64,000 nt of DNA from NCBI RefSeq assembly GCF_000143415.4, contig NW_003314269.1, positions 458,401 through 522,400 on the forward strand. Direction: 5' to 3'. Below, piece by piece: positions 1 through 10,917 of the stretch. The position numbers and the translations under genes are program-made. The first letter of the stretch is position 1, and the number at the start of each line of letters is the position of its first letter. The stretch is from Selaginella moellendorffii. Its lineage: Eukaryota; Plantae; Lycopodiophyta. The notes under the pieces were generated by a model. That model was not told the origin of the DNA, made no database searches, and was given only the letters and a program-made list of their open reading frames with translations.

Positions 1-1402
1 TTGTATCGTCCACCACCTTGCTATCCTTGTCTGAAGCTCTGTGATATTTTCTCTTCTTAGCAGTGGTTGTGCCATCCTCCACCACCTTGCTCGTTTCGTC
101 CGTAGTAGCAGCAGACTTGCCTGGATCATCCGCGAAATTGCTTGGTGGATCGGCTGTTGGATCTGCTTGAATCTCTGGAGCAGCACGCTTGCTTGCATTG
201 TCCAGCATTTCGCCTGCTTTTGGAGTTCGTTTCTCCACAACAGTCATGCCAGCTTCCTGTAGTCCTTCAGCTTGAGTGGCCCTTTCCATTCTTCCCAGAG
301 AATCGTTCACCACCTTACTTGTCCCCGTTTCTTGGATAGCATTCGGAGCCGCGGCCGGAGCTTCTTGAGCCGGATCGACACCATGTCTTGAGCCACCAAT
401 GTCTGCCACCTTTTCCAAGCCGAGAGCTTCGACCCTTTCTTCTTGATGGTCAGTGCTCGCCAGCAAGTTCCTTGTAACAAGCTGGTCTTCCTTGTCTGTG
501 GCAACTTGGTGGTCACCCCTATCTTCGGTCGAGGGGAACAAGTTCATAGCTCTATCCACCAAGGTCCGATTCACCACACAGATATTCGCGGCTGGCCGAG
601 CTTGAGCCTCGATCGTCCTTGGCGTATGAGCCATCGCGTTCGAGCACTCCCCTAGCACCAATCTTCTCTTGGCGGGAGCTCTCATCTCCATTTCCGAGCG
701 CTTCATCCCACCTCCCGGACTAGCCAAACGTTGCTTCACTGGCAGTGCCAAAAGATCGAAGCGAACTTTCTTCCTCGGCCTGGGTGGCTTCCCGGCTTTC
801 CTGTAGATGATCGGTGGTCCTCCCGGAAGGAGCTGGAGGAGCGGCGGATCCGCGGCTGGATTGGTAGGAGGCACCCCGGGCGTGATGGAGACACCAAACA
901 GCTTGATCGCGGACTGGCGACTGCGAAGAACAGCATCGGCGCGGTCGTGCTCGGCCCAGTGCTTGGCCTGGCACTCGATGGAGCAGTAGCTCGCGGATCT
1001 CTCCCAAATCCCCCGGCCGCAGAGGTAGCACGCCGGATACCTGTCCTTAGCCGAGGGATCGGGATGGAGCAGCAGCAAATTCTCACCGATCCCGCGGCAG
1101 CTATCCACTAGCGCGACGTTGTAGAAGCGCTGGATTTCCTCCCGCGGCACCACCATTTGCTTGTTCTTCTTGATCATTGCGAGGATTCCAACGCCGTGAG
1201 GAGCGTGCCGCCGGCGATCATCCTCGACATTGCAAAGCTGGGATTTGCAGCCCAGGCACATCGCCGATTGGACCCGCTTGAAGCCCTTGCCGTGGTGGTG
1301 ATTTCGCCGCGGCCGCAGGCACGGCGCTAGGAAATCGAGCGCCAAGAACACGTCCAGCCATGGCGGATGCTCTCTCACCACCGGTTGTGGCAGTGGAAGC
1401 AT
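1..1402 (-). CDS. Divergent PLATZ zinc-binding transcription factor with long C-terminal extension; 3' end runs off the window
   Basis: Manual translation from ATG at 1402 stays open to base 1 (>=467 codons, so it is missing from the ORF track). It reads MLPLPQPVVREHPPWLDVFLALDFLAPC...MCLGCKSQLC...HAPH...VVPREEIQRFYNV...CYLCGRGIWERSASYCSIECQ. This matches the PLATZ layout (PPWL..L...FF..C; C-x2-C...H-x2-H; C-x2-C-x11-C-x3-C). TATAAA on the minus strand at ~1456-1461. Confidence 0.75.
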   Translation of the reverse strand, partial: MLPLPQPVVREHPPWLDVFLALDFLAPCLRPRRNHHHGKGFKRVQSAMCLGCKSQLCNVEDDRRRHAPHGVGILAMIKKNKQMVVPREEIQRFYNVALVDSCRGIGENLLLLHPDPSAKDRYPACYLCGRGIWERSASYCSIECQAKHWAEHDRADAVLRSRQSAIKLFGVSITPGVPPTNPAADPPLLQLLPGGPPIIYRKAGKPPRPRKKVRFDLLALPVKQRLASPGGGMKRSEMEMRAPAKRRLVLGECSNAMAHTPRTIEAQARPAANICVVNRTLVDRAMNLFPSTEDRGDHQVATDKEDQLVTRNLLASTDHQEERVEALGLEKVADIGGSRHGVDPAQEAPAAAPNAIQETGTSKVVNDSLGRMERATQAEGLQEAGMTVVEKRTPKAGEMLDNASKRAAPEIQADPTADPPSNFADDPGKSAATTDETSKVVEDGTTTAKKRKYHRASDKDSKVVDDT

Positions 1403-1501
1403 CGATTCGAAGCGTCAGGATCAATCTCTCCAAGAACCCTAGAATCTCTCCACTCTTTATAACCTTTTAGTGGGGTCTAAAATTATCTTTTTCGAGCCAA
1501 C

Positions 1502-1640
1502 GGACGGCTGAGATCTCATGATCCAAAAGGTACGTGGCCGTGGATGGCTGAGATCTTATATCCTAAAAAAGGTACGTGGCCGCATTTTGCTAGCTGGACG
1601 GCTGAGATCTATATCCTCAAAAGGTACGTGGCCGCATTTT
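1502..1640. repeat. Three imperfect tandem copies of GGA(C/T)GGCTGAGATC...AAAAGGTACGTGGCCG, upstream of the PLATZ gene and overlapping the PPR stop codon
   Basis: Units at ~1502-1540, 1541-1594 and 1595-1640; each has TACGTGGC (ABRE/G-box core). Confidence 0.9.
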
Positions 1641-3273
1641 GGGGATCTAGCTCGATTGCCCGACGCGCGGAATCTAGGGTTCTTGCTTCGCGCCCTCGGC
1701 ATGCTAGAGATTTCCAATCGATCGCGTCTGGCACGAATGGCATGCTTGCTATCAGATCCTCGGCATCCGCTAGGCGCCCTGCGCGGCCGAGAAGATCGAC
1801 CACGCAGCAGTAGCGGCGGTGCGTTGGCTCCAATCCCCAATCCGCGGCCATAGCGCGGAATGATCGCCACGCCGATTCCAGGTTCCCGGAGTGGCCACAG
1901 GCGAGGAGATTGGCAATGCAGGTGCTCTCATTGGGCCAGATTTCTCCTTGGAGCTCCATCGCCCGCAAGAGATCCTCGACACTGGATGATCTTCCCGACT
2001 GGGCGAGCGCCAAGAGGACGGCATTCCAGGCCGCGATGTCGAGATCTGGGGCGCTGAGCAAGAGGGATTTCGCGCGATCCAGGCGCCGGGATTGCACGAG
2101 GGCTTCCAGCGCCATTGTCCAAGACACGGAGTTTTTCTCCGGGAGGAAGAAGAGGAATTTCTGGAGCTCCTGGATATGCCCGTCTTGGGCATATGCCATG
2201 AGGATCGTGTTCCACGAGAAAAGATTCCACTCAGGCATTGCCTCCACTAACTCTTTCACGGCGAGGAAGTCCCCGTCCTGGGAATATGCGAAGAGCATTG
2301 TGTTTCGAGAAATTAGATCCTGCTGGGGCATCTTGGCAAAGATGCTCCTTGCCTCGCTGGCATGACCGCCCAGGGCATACGCAAAAAGCAGCGTCGTCCA
2401 CGTCACTATGTCCCTCTCGGGCATGGAATCAAACACGGATCTCGCTTCTTCCAAATGCCCAGCATGGGTATATGCCGCGAGCATCGCATTCCATGAGACC
2501 ACGCACAGCTCTGGGATATTCTCAAAGACACTCTTGCAGCGCTCTAGATTCCCGGCCTGGGAGTAGGCCGACAGTAGCACATTCCAAGATACCATGTTCC
2601 TCTGTGGCATCTCGTCAAACAAGCGCCTAGATTCCTCCAGATACCCGTTCTGGGAATATCCCGACTGGAGTGCGGTCCACGAGATCACATTCCACTCAGG
2701 CATGGCGTGAAACAATTCTCTGGCATCTTTAAGATTTCCTTCCCGGCAGAGCGCCGTGAGCATCGCATTCCACGTCACGATGTCCCAGCCGGGCATGCGG
2801 CCCATGAGCGCGGCCGCGGCGGCCAGGCTGCCGTACTCGATTTGGGCCTGGAGGAGTACGGTCCACGAGACGAGGTCGGGCTGTTGGGGCATGGAATCGA
2901 ACAGCGCAACAGCGTGGGAGAGATGCCCGTTGCGGGCATATGCCGCGAGCATCATCGCCCAGGAGAGATAGTTCCGGAGCGCGGTGGAATCGAACGCCCG
3001 CCGCGCGTGATCCACGGCGCCACACGCGCCGTACATCCGGACGATGGTGTTGGCGAGAAAGATCGGGCAATGCGAGGAGGAGCTGGGGCTAGACGCCAGC
3101 GACGCCATCGCCGAGTGGATCTCTATGGCTTGTACCAAGCTCTGGCACGAATTCGCGAGCCTCACACAATCGTCGAGGCTTCTAATCGCCTCTTTCGTTC
3201 GCGCGCGAGGGAGAGTTCGCCCGGGACGATTGCCGCTGGGTTCGATTCCCGCCCAAATGCCTGGAGGACACAT
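1609..3273 (-). CDS. PLS-class PPR protein (SS-rich), E-type, no DYW domain
   Basis: 554-aa intronless ORF of repeated MPxxxxVSWNxML.AY...G.L..A..LF motifs, then YCCVVDLLGRAGRLADAEDLIASMPFVPD and a shortened E region. Confidence 0.92.
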   Translation of the reverse strand: MCPPGIWAGIEPSGNRPGRTLPRARTKEAIRSLDDCVRLANSCQSLVQAIEIHSAMASLASSPSSSSHCPIFLANTIVRMYGACGAVDHARRAFDSTALRNYLSWAMMLAAYARNGHLSHAVALFDSMPQQPDLVSWTVLLQAQIEYGSLAAAAALMGRMPGWDIVTWNAMLTALCREGNLKDARELFHAMPEWNVISWTALQSGYSQNGYLEESRRLFDEMPQRNMVSWNVLLSAYSQAGNLERCKSVFENIPELCVVSWNAMLAAYTHAGHLEEARSVFDSMPERDIVTWTTLLFAYALGGHASEARSIFAKMPQQDLISRNTMLFAYSQDGDFLAVKELVEAMPEWNLFSWNTILMAYAQDGHIQELQKFLFFLPEKNSVSWTMALEALVQSRRLDRAKSLLLSAPDLDIAAWNAVLLALAQSGRSSSVEDLLRAMELQGEIWPNESTCIANLLACGHSGNLESAWRSFRAMAADWGLEPTHRRYCCVVDLLGRAGRLADAEDLIASMPFVPDAIDWKSLACRGREARTLDSARRAIELDPQNAATYLLRI

Positions 3274-3515
3274 GGCGGCGGCTTACTGGGCACGAACCGT
3301 AGCATACAAATACCCTGTGAGGGCATTGCCTATCCGTGGCTGTTCCTAGGGTTTTCATGGCGATGGCGCTGGCTATGGTAACGGCGCTGCGTTTCTCTCC
3401 GGTCTAGCTGTGGCGGGCGGCGGCATTGGATGCCGGCACGTAGGGGCGTCTCTTGAGCTGCTGGCCTTTTTCTTGGATTCCAGGAGCTTGCAGCTAGGGT
3501 TTCTAGGCGCCGGCC

Positions 3516-6500
3516 ATGAGCGGGCGCACTCGCAACAAGAATTCCAAGGTGCCGAAGGGCGATCGCGGCGCCGAAATTCTCAGGTGCGCCATTGCTTTCT
3601 TGTGCTGCTCTTGTTGCTCACGAATTCTTTCTTCCCAGGAGAATCCACCTCACGAAGATTGTGACCGAGGAAGATCTCCGGTGGTTCTTTCATCTCGATC
3701 GGCCAGCCTGCCAGGGATGCCGCGGCAATACCAAGGATAATCCGCTGTGCCTCTGTGGCCTAGTTCCCCCGGCAAACGGTACGAGAAAGCATGGGCTCTG
3801 GCAGAAGCTATCGGACATCATCGACGAGCTGGGTCCGGATCCATCGAGGGAGCTGAGGGTGATGGACATTCCAGCGGGGTTGACCAATCTTGGAGCCACT
3901 TGCTACGTCAACAGCGTGCTCCAGTGTCTCTTCATGAACACCACCTTCCGGAATGGGGTCTTCTCCGCGGAGATGGAGCTGGTGAGAAACGATCCGGTGC
4001 TTCACCAGCTCGCTCGGCTCTTTGCGCAGCTCCATTCGGGAACCAAGAGCTCGGTGGACTCGGCTGCGTTTGCGACCACGCTGGAGCTGGACAACGCCGT
4101 CCAGCAGGACGGGCAGGAGTTTCTGAAGCTTCTCCTCACGCTACTGGAGCGAGTTCTTGCGCAGTCGAGAGTTCCGGAGGCGCGAGACGTGGTGCAAAAC
4201 CTCTTCCGCGGGACGTTTTCATACGTTACGAAGTGCGCATTGTTTCATATCCAGGTTTATTTCTTTGTTTAGTGTAGTGCTGTAGGACGGTTTTATCACT
4301 TAGTGTTTCGTGCTATGAAGACTTACGTTCGTATCTTTCATGTTTTGCAGGTGCTCGAGCTGCGGTAAGGAGTCCGGCGCTTCGGATCAGTTTGTTGATT
4401 TCTACGAGTTAGAAGTGAACGTAAAAGGCTTCTCGAGTCTGGAAGAGTCGCTGGATGATTATCTCAACGAGGAGAAGCTTTCGGGAGAGAATCAGTACTT
4501 TTGCGAGTATTGCAAAGCTAGAGTGGATGCCACGCACAGCACAAAGCTCAGATTACTACCTCCTGTCTTGAATTTTCAGCTCAAAAGATTTGTGTTCAAT
4601 CTCAAGGTATGTCGTTCTCCTTTGGTTTTATGTTCAGTGACTTATTGTTCTTCTTTACAGACTTCGACGAAGAAGAAAGTCACGTCAAAATTTATGTTTC
4701 CAAAGGTCCTGGACATGGAACGACGAGTATCGCCTGTGACATCCGATGGCTCTCCCGGCGAGCCAGCGCACTACGATCTTTTTGCGATTTTAATGCACAA
4801 GGGCAACATGGCCAGCAGTGGACACTACGTAGTTCATATCAGGGACGAGAGAACGGGGCAGTGGTGGCAGTTCGACGACGAGGAGGTAACGATGCTTGGC
4901 TCCAATCCTCTGGGAGAGCCAACATCTAAACTTGATAAGGTATCTCCTGATAGGGACGACAATTTACTGATGTCTCCGGATGCTTACATGCTAATGTTTT
5001 CCCGTCGAACGAGCACGCCGAGAGTTGCCGAAGAACCAGTCAGGAGTATACCCGAGTTCTTGAAGGCAGAAGTCGATGAGCAGAATTACAGTCTTATGAG
5101 TAGCTGCGAGGTTTACAATCTCATGAAGGATGAGGAGGAACAGAGAATTGTCGAAAGAAGGGCAGAAGTTCGAGAGGTTCTGGCTAATGCACGACCGACA
5201 GCTCCAAAAGGCTTCTGGATTTCCGCAGAGTGGCTCCGCAATTGGACTGACAGCTTAAAACCACCGTAAGCCTTTCTGTCCTGATGGTTTTATCTTAAAC
5301 GTTTTTTCTGCGGGTGTTGCAGATCGGCCATTGATAATAGCATCTTATTGTGTGAACACGAACGTGTTTCTCCCAAGAGTATTCAACTGATGAAATGCAT
5401 ATCCGATGCTGCTTGGCAGAGCTTGCATTCAAAGGTGCGGTTTCTTTTTCCTATTTGAATTTCTGACAAGAACTTTTATTTTGAGTTGCAGTATGGAGGC
5501 GAGCCAGTTCTAACCATGGAAAGCTGTTGTTTCGAATGTATTTATGCCGATGCTGGTGCTGCTGCTACGGCAGAAAGCTTTCGAAGCGGAAGAGCGGCAA
5601 TGAAATTAATGGCTGAAAACGTTATGGCTGGGAAGGGCCTTGAAGGTCACTTGTTTTACGTGTCCAAATCCTGGTAACTTTCCTTTTCATTATTTCATAG
5701 CTGACTTGTTCTGTTATTAAGGCTCGTGCAATGGATGCGCAAGAAGGCTGCCCTGGACACACTAGGAGATGGTGATTTAAATCCAACAAGTGCCATAACC
5801 TGTCGTCACAATGCATTGCTTCCTGACGACGCTGCCGGTGCAAAACGGCAAGTCGTGCCTGAGGTTTTATGGTCCTACTTTTACCAAAATGCTGTTCTTG
5901 TTGGTGGAGAAGAACAACGTGGACACAAGCCGTTTCCTGTAAACACGGAGAATTGCAAGATTTGCGAAGCCGAGCACTCACACACTCTGTCCAGGCAGAA
6001 CGACTTAAGGTAGCTTCCTCGCCAGAATCAGAACGAAATGCTTAATGCTATCTTTCAGAGCTACAAAGATGGAACAACGTCAGAAACAGGAGGCAATATT
6101 TTCTGGACGGAATCCCGTACTTAATCCCGGAGATGTTTATTACCTCGTTCCCTCTAGTTGGATTTCTCTCTGGCGTGCGTACATCGGAGCCAGTGGGAAA
6201 AATGTGCTAGATATCGAGGAGCCTGTGGGACTCGAAAGGTTTCTTTCGTCTCTTCTTTGCAAGGTAAAATTGGACTCGATTGTCAGCATAAATTTTAACG
6301 TGATTTTGGTCAGCATGGTGGACTTCTCTATAATCCCCCAGCCTTAACAAGGACCAGGCGGGGAGAACTCGTACAAAAAGCATCTTCTGTGAGTTTTCCG
6401 TTTTTTATTGGGGAACTTTGAGCTCTGACTTTCTGTTATCTGGTAAAGGATGACGTTCAAGTTGTGGTCTCTCGAGATGATTGGGTCTATTTTTGTCAGC

Positions 6501-7342
6501 AGTGGGATGCAAATGCTGGCAAGGGCATTCGAGCGTACGTTGAGGAAGCAGAAATGCCTGATCGTCCAGAAAAAGAATTAAGTGAACTCAAACTGCCTGT
6601 TCTTAGAACAGAACCTGAGGTAACCCGTTCCAGTATTTTGCTGTCGTTACTAATGCTTTATATTACAGGTTTGCAGGGAGTGTATAGACGACCGGGAGAC
6701 TACTGAACTCGTGCACAAGCTTAACTATACCAATGCAACTATCACCGTGGATCTTGTCCAAGGGAAAGAGCCACCTCCTTCTCTTGTCTTTGCGGCGGCT
6801 AACCAGGACGCCGAGAGAAGAACGTCAAAGCGTGCGCGCAGGACTGTGGCCACCGGAAACAAGCAAGTGAAGCTCACAGTTTCTGGAACCACGACGGTCT
6901 ACCAGTTGAAGATGCTTATTTGGGAGTGGCTCGGGGTATGTACTGTTACTTCGTTGAGCGCGTTAGCTAAACTAACACTTTTCTTTTCCTGGATGAAGGT
7001 TGTGAAAGAAAACCAGGAAGTTCATTTTGGGAAAGTGGAGCTTACTGACGAATCGACTACACTCGCAGACGTTGGTGTTCTGCCAAATTCACAGTTGTGG
7101 GTTTCGGACAGCGGACTACACGAACATCGAGATATTGCAGGCAAGCCGATGCTTTCTTTGTTTATTTATGTCAGCCTGATTGCATCGCTATGGTTTTCGC
7201 AGACGAGCTCTCGACTCCACAGCAGGGCCATGTTGAAGAAGGTTTTAGGGGGACGCGGCTTTTAGATTCTTGCTTGCCTGGTCCAGCAAATGGATTGCAC
7301 AGCTCCGAGAATCAGTTTTTGGAGCAGCCAGGGATATGCTAA
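3516..7342 (+). CDS. UBP26: Ubiquitin-specific protease 26 (USP48-like), multi-exon
   Basis: Cys box GLTNLGATCYVNSVLQCLF, QQDGQEF, His box HKGNMASSGHYV...WWQFDDE, DUSP-like segments and a C-terminal Ubl region ending EEGFRGT. Short GT-AG introns and a likely GC-AG last intron (7141-7202). Confidence 0.93.
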
Positions 7343-7447
7343 AAGAGCATATAGTGTTCATACATGTAAGTAACAGTGGCTTACACCTTGTTCTTCCAGT
7401 TCTCAGGAACTATGGAATCCATCTACTTTCGAGCTTTTGTTCTGGAG

Positions 7448-9400
7448 TCAGGATTTGCGATACACATTGGCAAGCATTACGTACGCTCCAGGATTACTTG
7501 GTTTTAACGAGAGAACTCTCTTTGCAGCGAGAGCGCCAAAGTGGACGTCCTTGTGGCCCTTGCAAGCGGCCAAGAGGCAAGTCCACTCCATGGCGTCCTC
7601 GACATAAGGCATGGAATCGATGAGAGCTTGGGCGTCACTCAAGTATCCCGAGCGAGCGAGAAGATCGACCATGCAAGAGTAGTGGAGCTTCCGGGGCGTC
7701 AATCCATAGTCGGAGCTCATGGAAGCCAGCCAGCTCAAGCCTCGAGAGACCTCGCCCAGGTGTCCGGCGGCGTGGAGGATCAAGAGGAAGGATACGTCGT
7801 CTGGACGCTCCACCATTTTCATCTCTGGGAAGAGCTCGCAAGCCGTCCGGGAATGCCCGTTCTGGGCAAATGCTGCGAGCATGGCGTTCCAGGCTGCGAG
7901 GTCCCTCTCTGGCATTGACAAGTAAAAGCGCGACGCTTGCGTGATTTCTCCGTGTTGAGCGTGTGCCGAGACGATTGCTGTCCATGAAACAATATCTCGT
8001 GATTGTGCTTGGTAGAATAAAGATTTAGCTTTGCCTAGATACCCATTCTGGGCATTTGCTGTGATCATCGTGTTCCATGTCACTAGATCTCGAAACTTCA
8101 TCCTCGAAAAGAGTTCTAACGCGTAATCTAGAAATCCTAATCTAGCATAGCCATCCAACATTGTGTTCCATGACACTAAGTTCCATTCCTGCATGGTATC
8201 AAACAAAAATCTAGCTTCTTCCAGATGCCCGTTTTGGGCATTTGCCGCTAGCATTGCATTCCACGTCACTAAGTTCCTCTCCAGCATGGAGTCAAACAAC
8301 GACTGGGCCTCGCTGACGTGGCCGGCCTGCGCAAATGCTCCCAGCATCGCATTGCGCGACACGACGTTGTGGTCTTGTATCTGGTCAAAGATCCGCTTGG
8401 ATTCGCCTAGATTCCCGGCCCGACCGTGCGCCGCCACCAGCACGGTCAGCGACACCGTGTTCCACTCCTTCATCCGGTCAAGCAGCCGCGAAGCTTCGTG
8501 GAGGTCCCCCGCCTGGGCATATGCCGACAGCATTGCGTTCCACGACACGAGATCGCGCTCGTCCATCTCGTCAAACATCCGCCGCGCGATCCGGAGATTC
8601 CCGGCCTCGGCATATGCGTAGAGCATGGCGTTGGAAGCGACCACATTCACGGCGGGCATGGCGTCGAATATCCGCTTGGCATCTTCCAGGTGCCCGGCCT
8701 GGGCGTGCGCCACCAGCATCGCGGTGGAGGAGACAATGCCCCGCTCGGGCATGTCGGCGAAGATCCTCTCCGCATCTTCCAGATGCCCGGCCTCGCCCAG
8801 CGCGGTGAGCATTGCGGTGCAAGAGATCTGGTCCGTGAAGCGCATGGCAGAGAAGAGGGCACGCGCGGCCGCGGCGTCACCGATCTTGGCGTGCGCGTCG
8901 AGGAGGATGGTGGCCGCGACCATGTCGTGCTCGGGCATGGCGAGGAAGAGGCTGTGGGCGCGTGCGAGGTCTCCGGCGCTGGTGTAGGCCGCGACCATGG
9001 CGGTCCAGGCGATGGAATCGCGCGCGGGCATGGCGTCGAAGATCGCCCGGGCGCGCTGCGGCGATCGCCTGCCATGCGGCGAGCGCGCGATGGCGAGCAG
9101 CATCTCCGAGCAGGCGACGAGGTCCCAGATCTCCGGCATCCGGTGGAAGAGATCCTCGGCCTCATCGAGGAGCCCGTTGGATGCGTAGGCCGAGAGGAGC
9201 GCCATCCAGCAAAAGGGATGGGGTTTCGCGAGCTCGTCAAGAACACGGCGGGAGTCCCGGATGCTGCCAAGTCTTCCATACGCCCGGATGAGAGAAGACG
9301 CGAGCAGAGCGGAATTGGGGAGGAGGTGCTGGATTCGAGCATTGGCTTCGCGCAGCGCTGGCAGCGTCTTGCAGGATCTGAGAAGCTCTGTGGCATCCAT
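7448..9400 (-). CDS. PLS-class PPR protein (SS-rich), E-type, no DYW domain
   Basis: 650-aa intronless ORF of tandem ~31-aa PPR motifs ending HYSCMVDLLARSG...WTCLLAACK...AYVMLANVY. Confidence 0.93.
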   Translation of the reverse strand: MDATELLRSCKTLPALREANARIQHLLPNSALLASSLIRAYGRLGSIRDSRRVLDELAKPHPFCWMALLSAYASNGLLDEAEDLFHRMPEIWDLVACSEMLLAIARSPHGRRSPQRARAIFDAMPARDSIAWTAMVAAYTSAGDLARAHSLFLAMPEHDMVAATILLDAHAKIGDAAAARALFSAMRFTDQISCTAMLTALGEAGHLEDAERIFADMPERGIVSSTAMLVAHAQAGHLEDAKRIFDAMPAVNVVASNAMLYAYAEAGNLRIARRMFDEMDERDLVSWNAMLSAYAQAGDLHEASRLLDRMKEWNTVSLTVLVAAHGRAGNLGESKRIFDQIQDHNVVSRNAMLGAFAQAGHVSEAQSLFDSMLERNLVTWNAMLAANAQNGHLEEARFLFDTMQEWNLVSWNTMLDGYARLGFLDYALELFSRMKFRDLVTWNTMITANAQNGYLGKAKSLFYQAQSRDIVSWTAIVSAHAQHGEITQASRFYLSMPERDLAAWNAMLAAFAQNGHSRTACELFPEMKMVERPDDVSFLLILHAAGHLGEVSRGLSWLASMSSDYGLTPRKLHYSCMVDLLARSGYLSDAQALIDSMPYVEDAMEWTCLLAACKGHKDVHFGALAAKRVLSLKPSNPGAYVMLANVYRKS

Positions 9401-9530
9401 AGAACCCTAAACTTTGAATTCACAGAATATTCAAATCCTGCCAAGGATATTCTCTTTTAACTTTAGCCTATAACTTCGTGTGGTCCGTCATCAAACCTAC
9501 CAAAACAGGAAGAAGCTCCAGTGGATTTTC

Positions 9531-10826
9531 ATGGCAGAAACGATCGATAGTATACTTCCAGGACTGCCAGATCGTTTGCTCGTCGCACACATCCTTCCAA
9601 GGCTACCATGCTACACTCGCCCGGTATGTCGTGCTCTCTCCAAGGCCTGGAAATCCCTCCTCGACACTCCAGACCCCGCTCTGGAGCTTAGAACTCGTGA
9701 GCTCCAGCTCCCACGTCTCTGGGATCTAGATCTCGTGTGCACCTATGCTGACTGGGACAAAAAGATCAATCTCGCTCCTTTGATCCAGGAGCCTGGCAAA
9801 GGCTGGATCAAGCTTCCAGAGATCCAGGTCTATGCTCAAGGGCAACCAAGAATGGTGGCTTGGTCAGGGATGATCTTTGTCTGGACGATTAGAAAAGAGG
9901 GCTGTGGTGAGGGGCGAGACATGATCGCCAAGCTCGACATTGGGCGAGGGAAGTGGTTGTGGGATTTGTTCCCGGTGATCGGCGCTGCCGGCTGGAAGGA
10001 CTCCGTAGCGTTCAAAGGCAAACTCTACTCGCAGTGGTCTCCAAAGAAGAAGCTCGGGAATGACTATAGGACCGAGTGTCTGGTTTATGACATGGAACGC
10101 GATGATGTCTACGCCATCGCTGGGAAATGGATGTGTAGCAACGTTGGAATCACTCGTAGCTTGGGCTCGCCACCACAGCCATCATCCGGAAGATCCTTGG
10201 GAAAGGTGCGATCGGCTCCACCGGCAACAGAGAAACGATACCGCGATATCGCATCTTCGTCTTCCTCGTTGAGCTCTTGCGCCAAGGAGGATATGTATGG
10301 ATTCGTCAAGGACTGGGATCGCCTTGCGATCAATGTTGTGAGGTACGACGATCGCTGTAACGAGTGGAAGATCGAGGAGGAGCTCCCCAGGGTTCCACAG
10401 CTGGAAGATCAAGTGGAAGATGCAGTGGCCGTGAAAGGGCTCACAGTGGTGAACCGAAGCTGCTTTCATCCGGCTATGGAGGTCGATGCGATCAACGTTG
10501 TTATGTACAGAGAAGAAGAGGGCGATCTTATGTGGTGTAATGTATCAATGGAGAAGAATTGGGTTCCAATCGAGGATGAGCTTCTGGGCGGTGGGAAAAT
10601 CAAGGACCTTTTGGTGGTGCATGGTGATCTTTTCGCAGTTTCTAGAGAAGCTCTTGATCAGGCTCCATTCTTCAAAGAATGGGTCATATGGAAGGGGAAA
10701 ATCCATCACTCCAGCTCCAGGAATTACGTAGAGTGGAAAAGAATGTATGGATTGCCGGTTGGATCCAGGAGAATTTTGGATCAGCCTCCAACCAAGACAC
10801 TTCTATGCTACACTTACATGACTTGA
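9531..10826 (+). CDS. F-box protein with degenerate kelch/beta-propeller-like C-terminus
   Basis: ATG 9531, MAETIDSILPGLPDRLLVAHILPRLP...VCRALSKAWKSLL is an F-box. The rest has VAFKGKLY and YD...EW kelch-like motifs. Intronless. Confidence 0.8.
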   Translation: MAETIDSILPGLPDRLLVAHILPRLPCYTRPVCRALSKAWKSLLDTPDPALELRTRELQLPRLWDLDLVCTYADWDKKINLAPLIQEPGKGWIKLPEIQVYAQGQPRMVAWSGMIFVWTIRKEGCGEGRDMIAKLDIGRGKWLWDLFPVIGAAGWKDSVAFKGKLYSQWSPKKKLGNDYRTECLVYDMERDDVYAIAGKWMCSNVGITRSLGSPPQPSSGRSLGKVRSAPPATEKRYRDIASSSSSLSSCAKEDMYGFVKDWDRLAINVVRYDDRCNEWKIEEELPRVPQLEDQVEDAVAVKGLTVVNRSCFHPAMEVDAINVVMYREEEGDLMWCNVSMEKNWVPIEDELLGGGKIKDLLVVHGDLFAVSREALDQAPFFKEWVIWKGKIHHSSSRNYVEWKRMYGLPVGSRRILDQPPTKTLLCYTYMT

Positions 10827-10917
10827 AATATAAAGAAACCCCCTGTTTTTAGGGTTCTACATTTGAAATCAAGAACCCTAATAACAGGGGCCCTGTTTTT
10901 AAGGGTTCTTGGGAAGA

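Noticed and set aside
1-1430. Possible retrotransposon gag remnant at the left edge (many short ORFs in the track)
   Set aside because: One continuous minus-strand frame with PLATZ motifs explains the region; no gag/pol motifs.
1502-1640. CRISPR-like repeat array (also considered for 55531-55790)
   Set aside because: Eukaryotic context, degenerate adjacent units without unique spacers, no cas genes.
7541-9460. Long antisense and alternate-frame ORFs over PPR genes (also over WRKY, VDR, AP2 and CBS genes)
   Set aside because: Expected shadows of GC3-rich repetitive coding sequence; no independent motifs.
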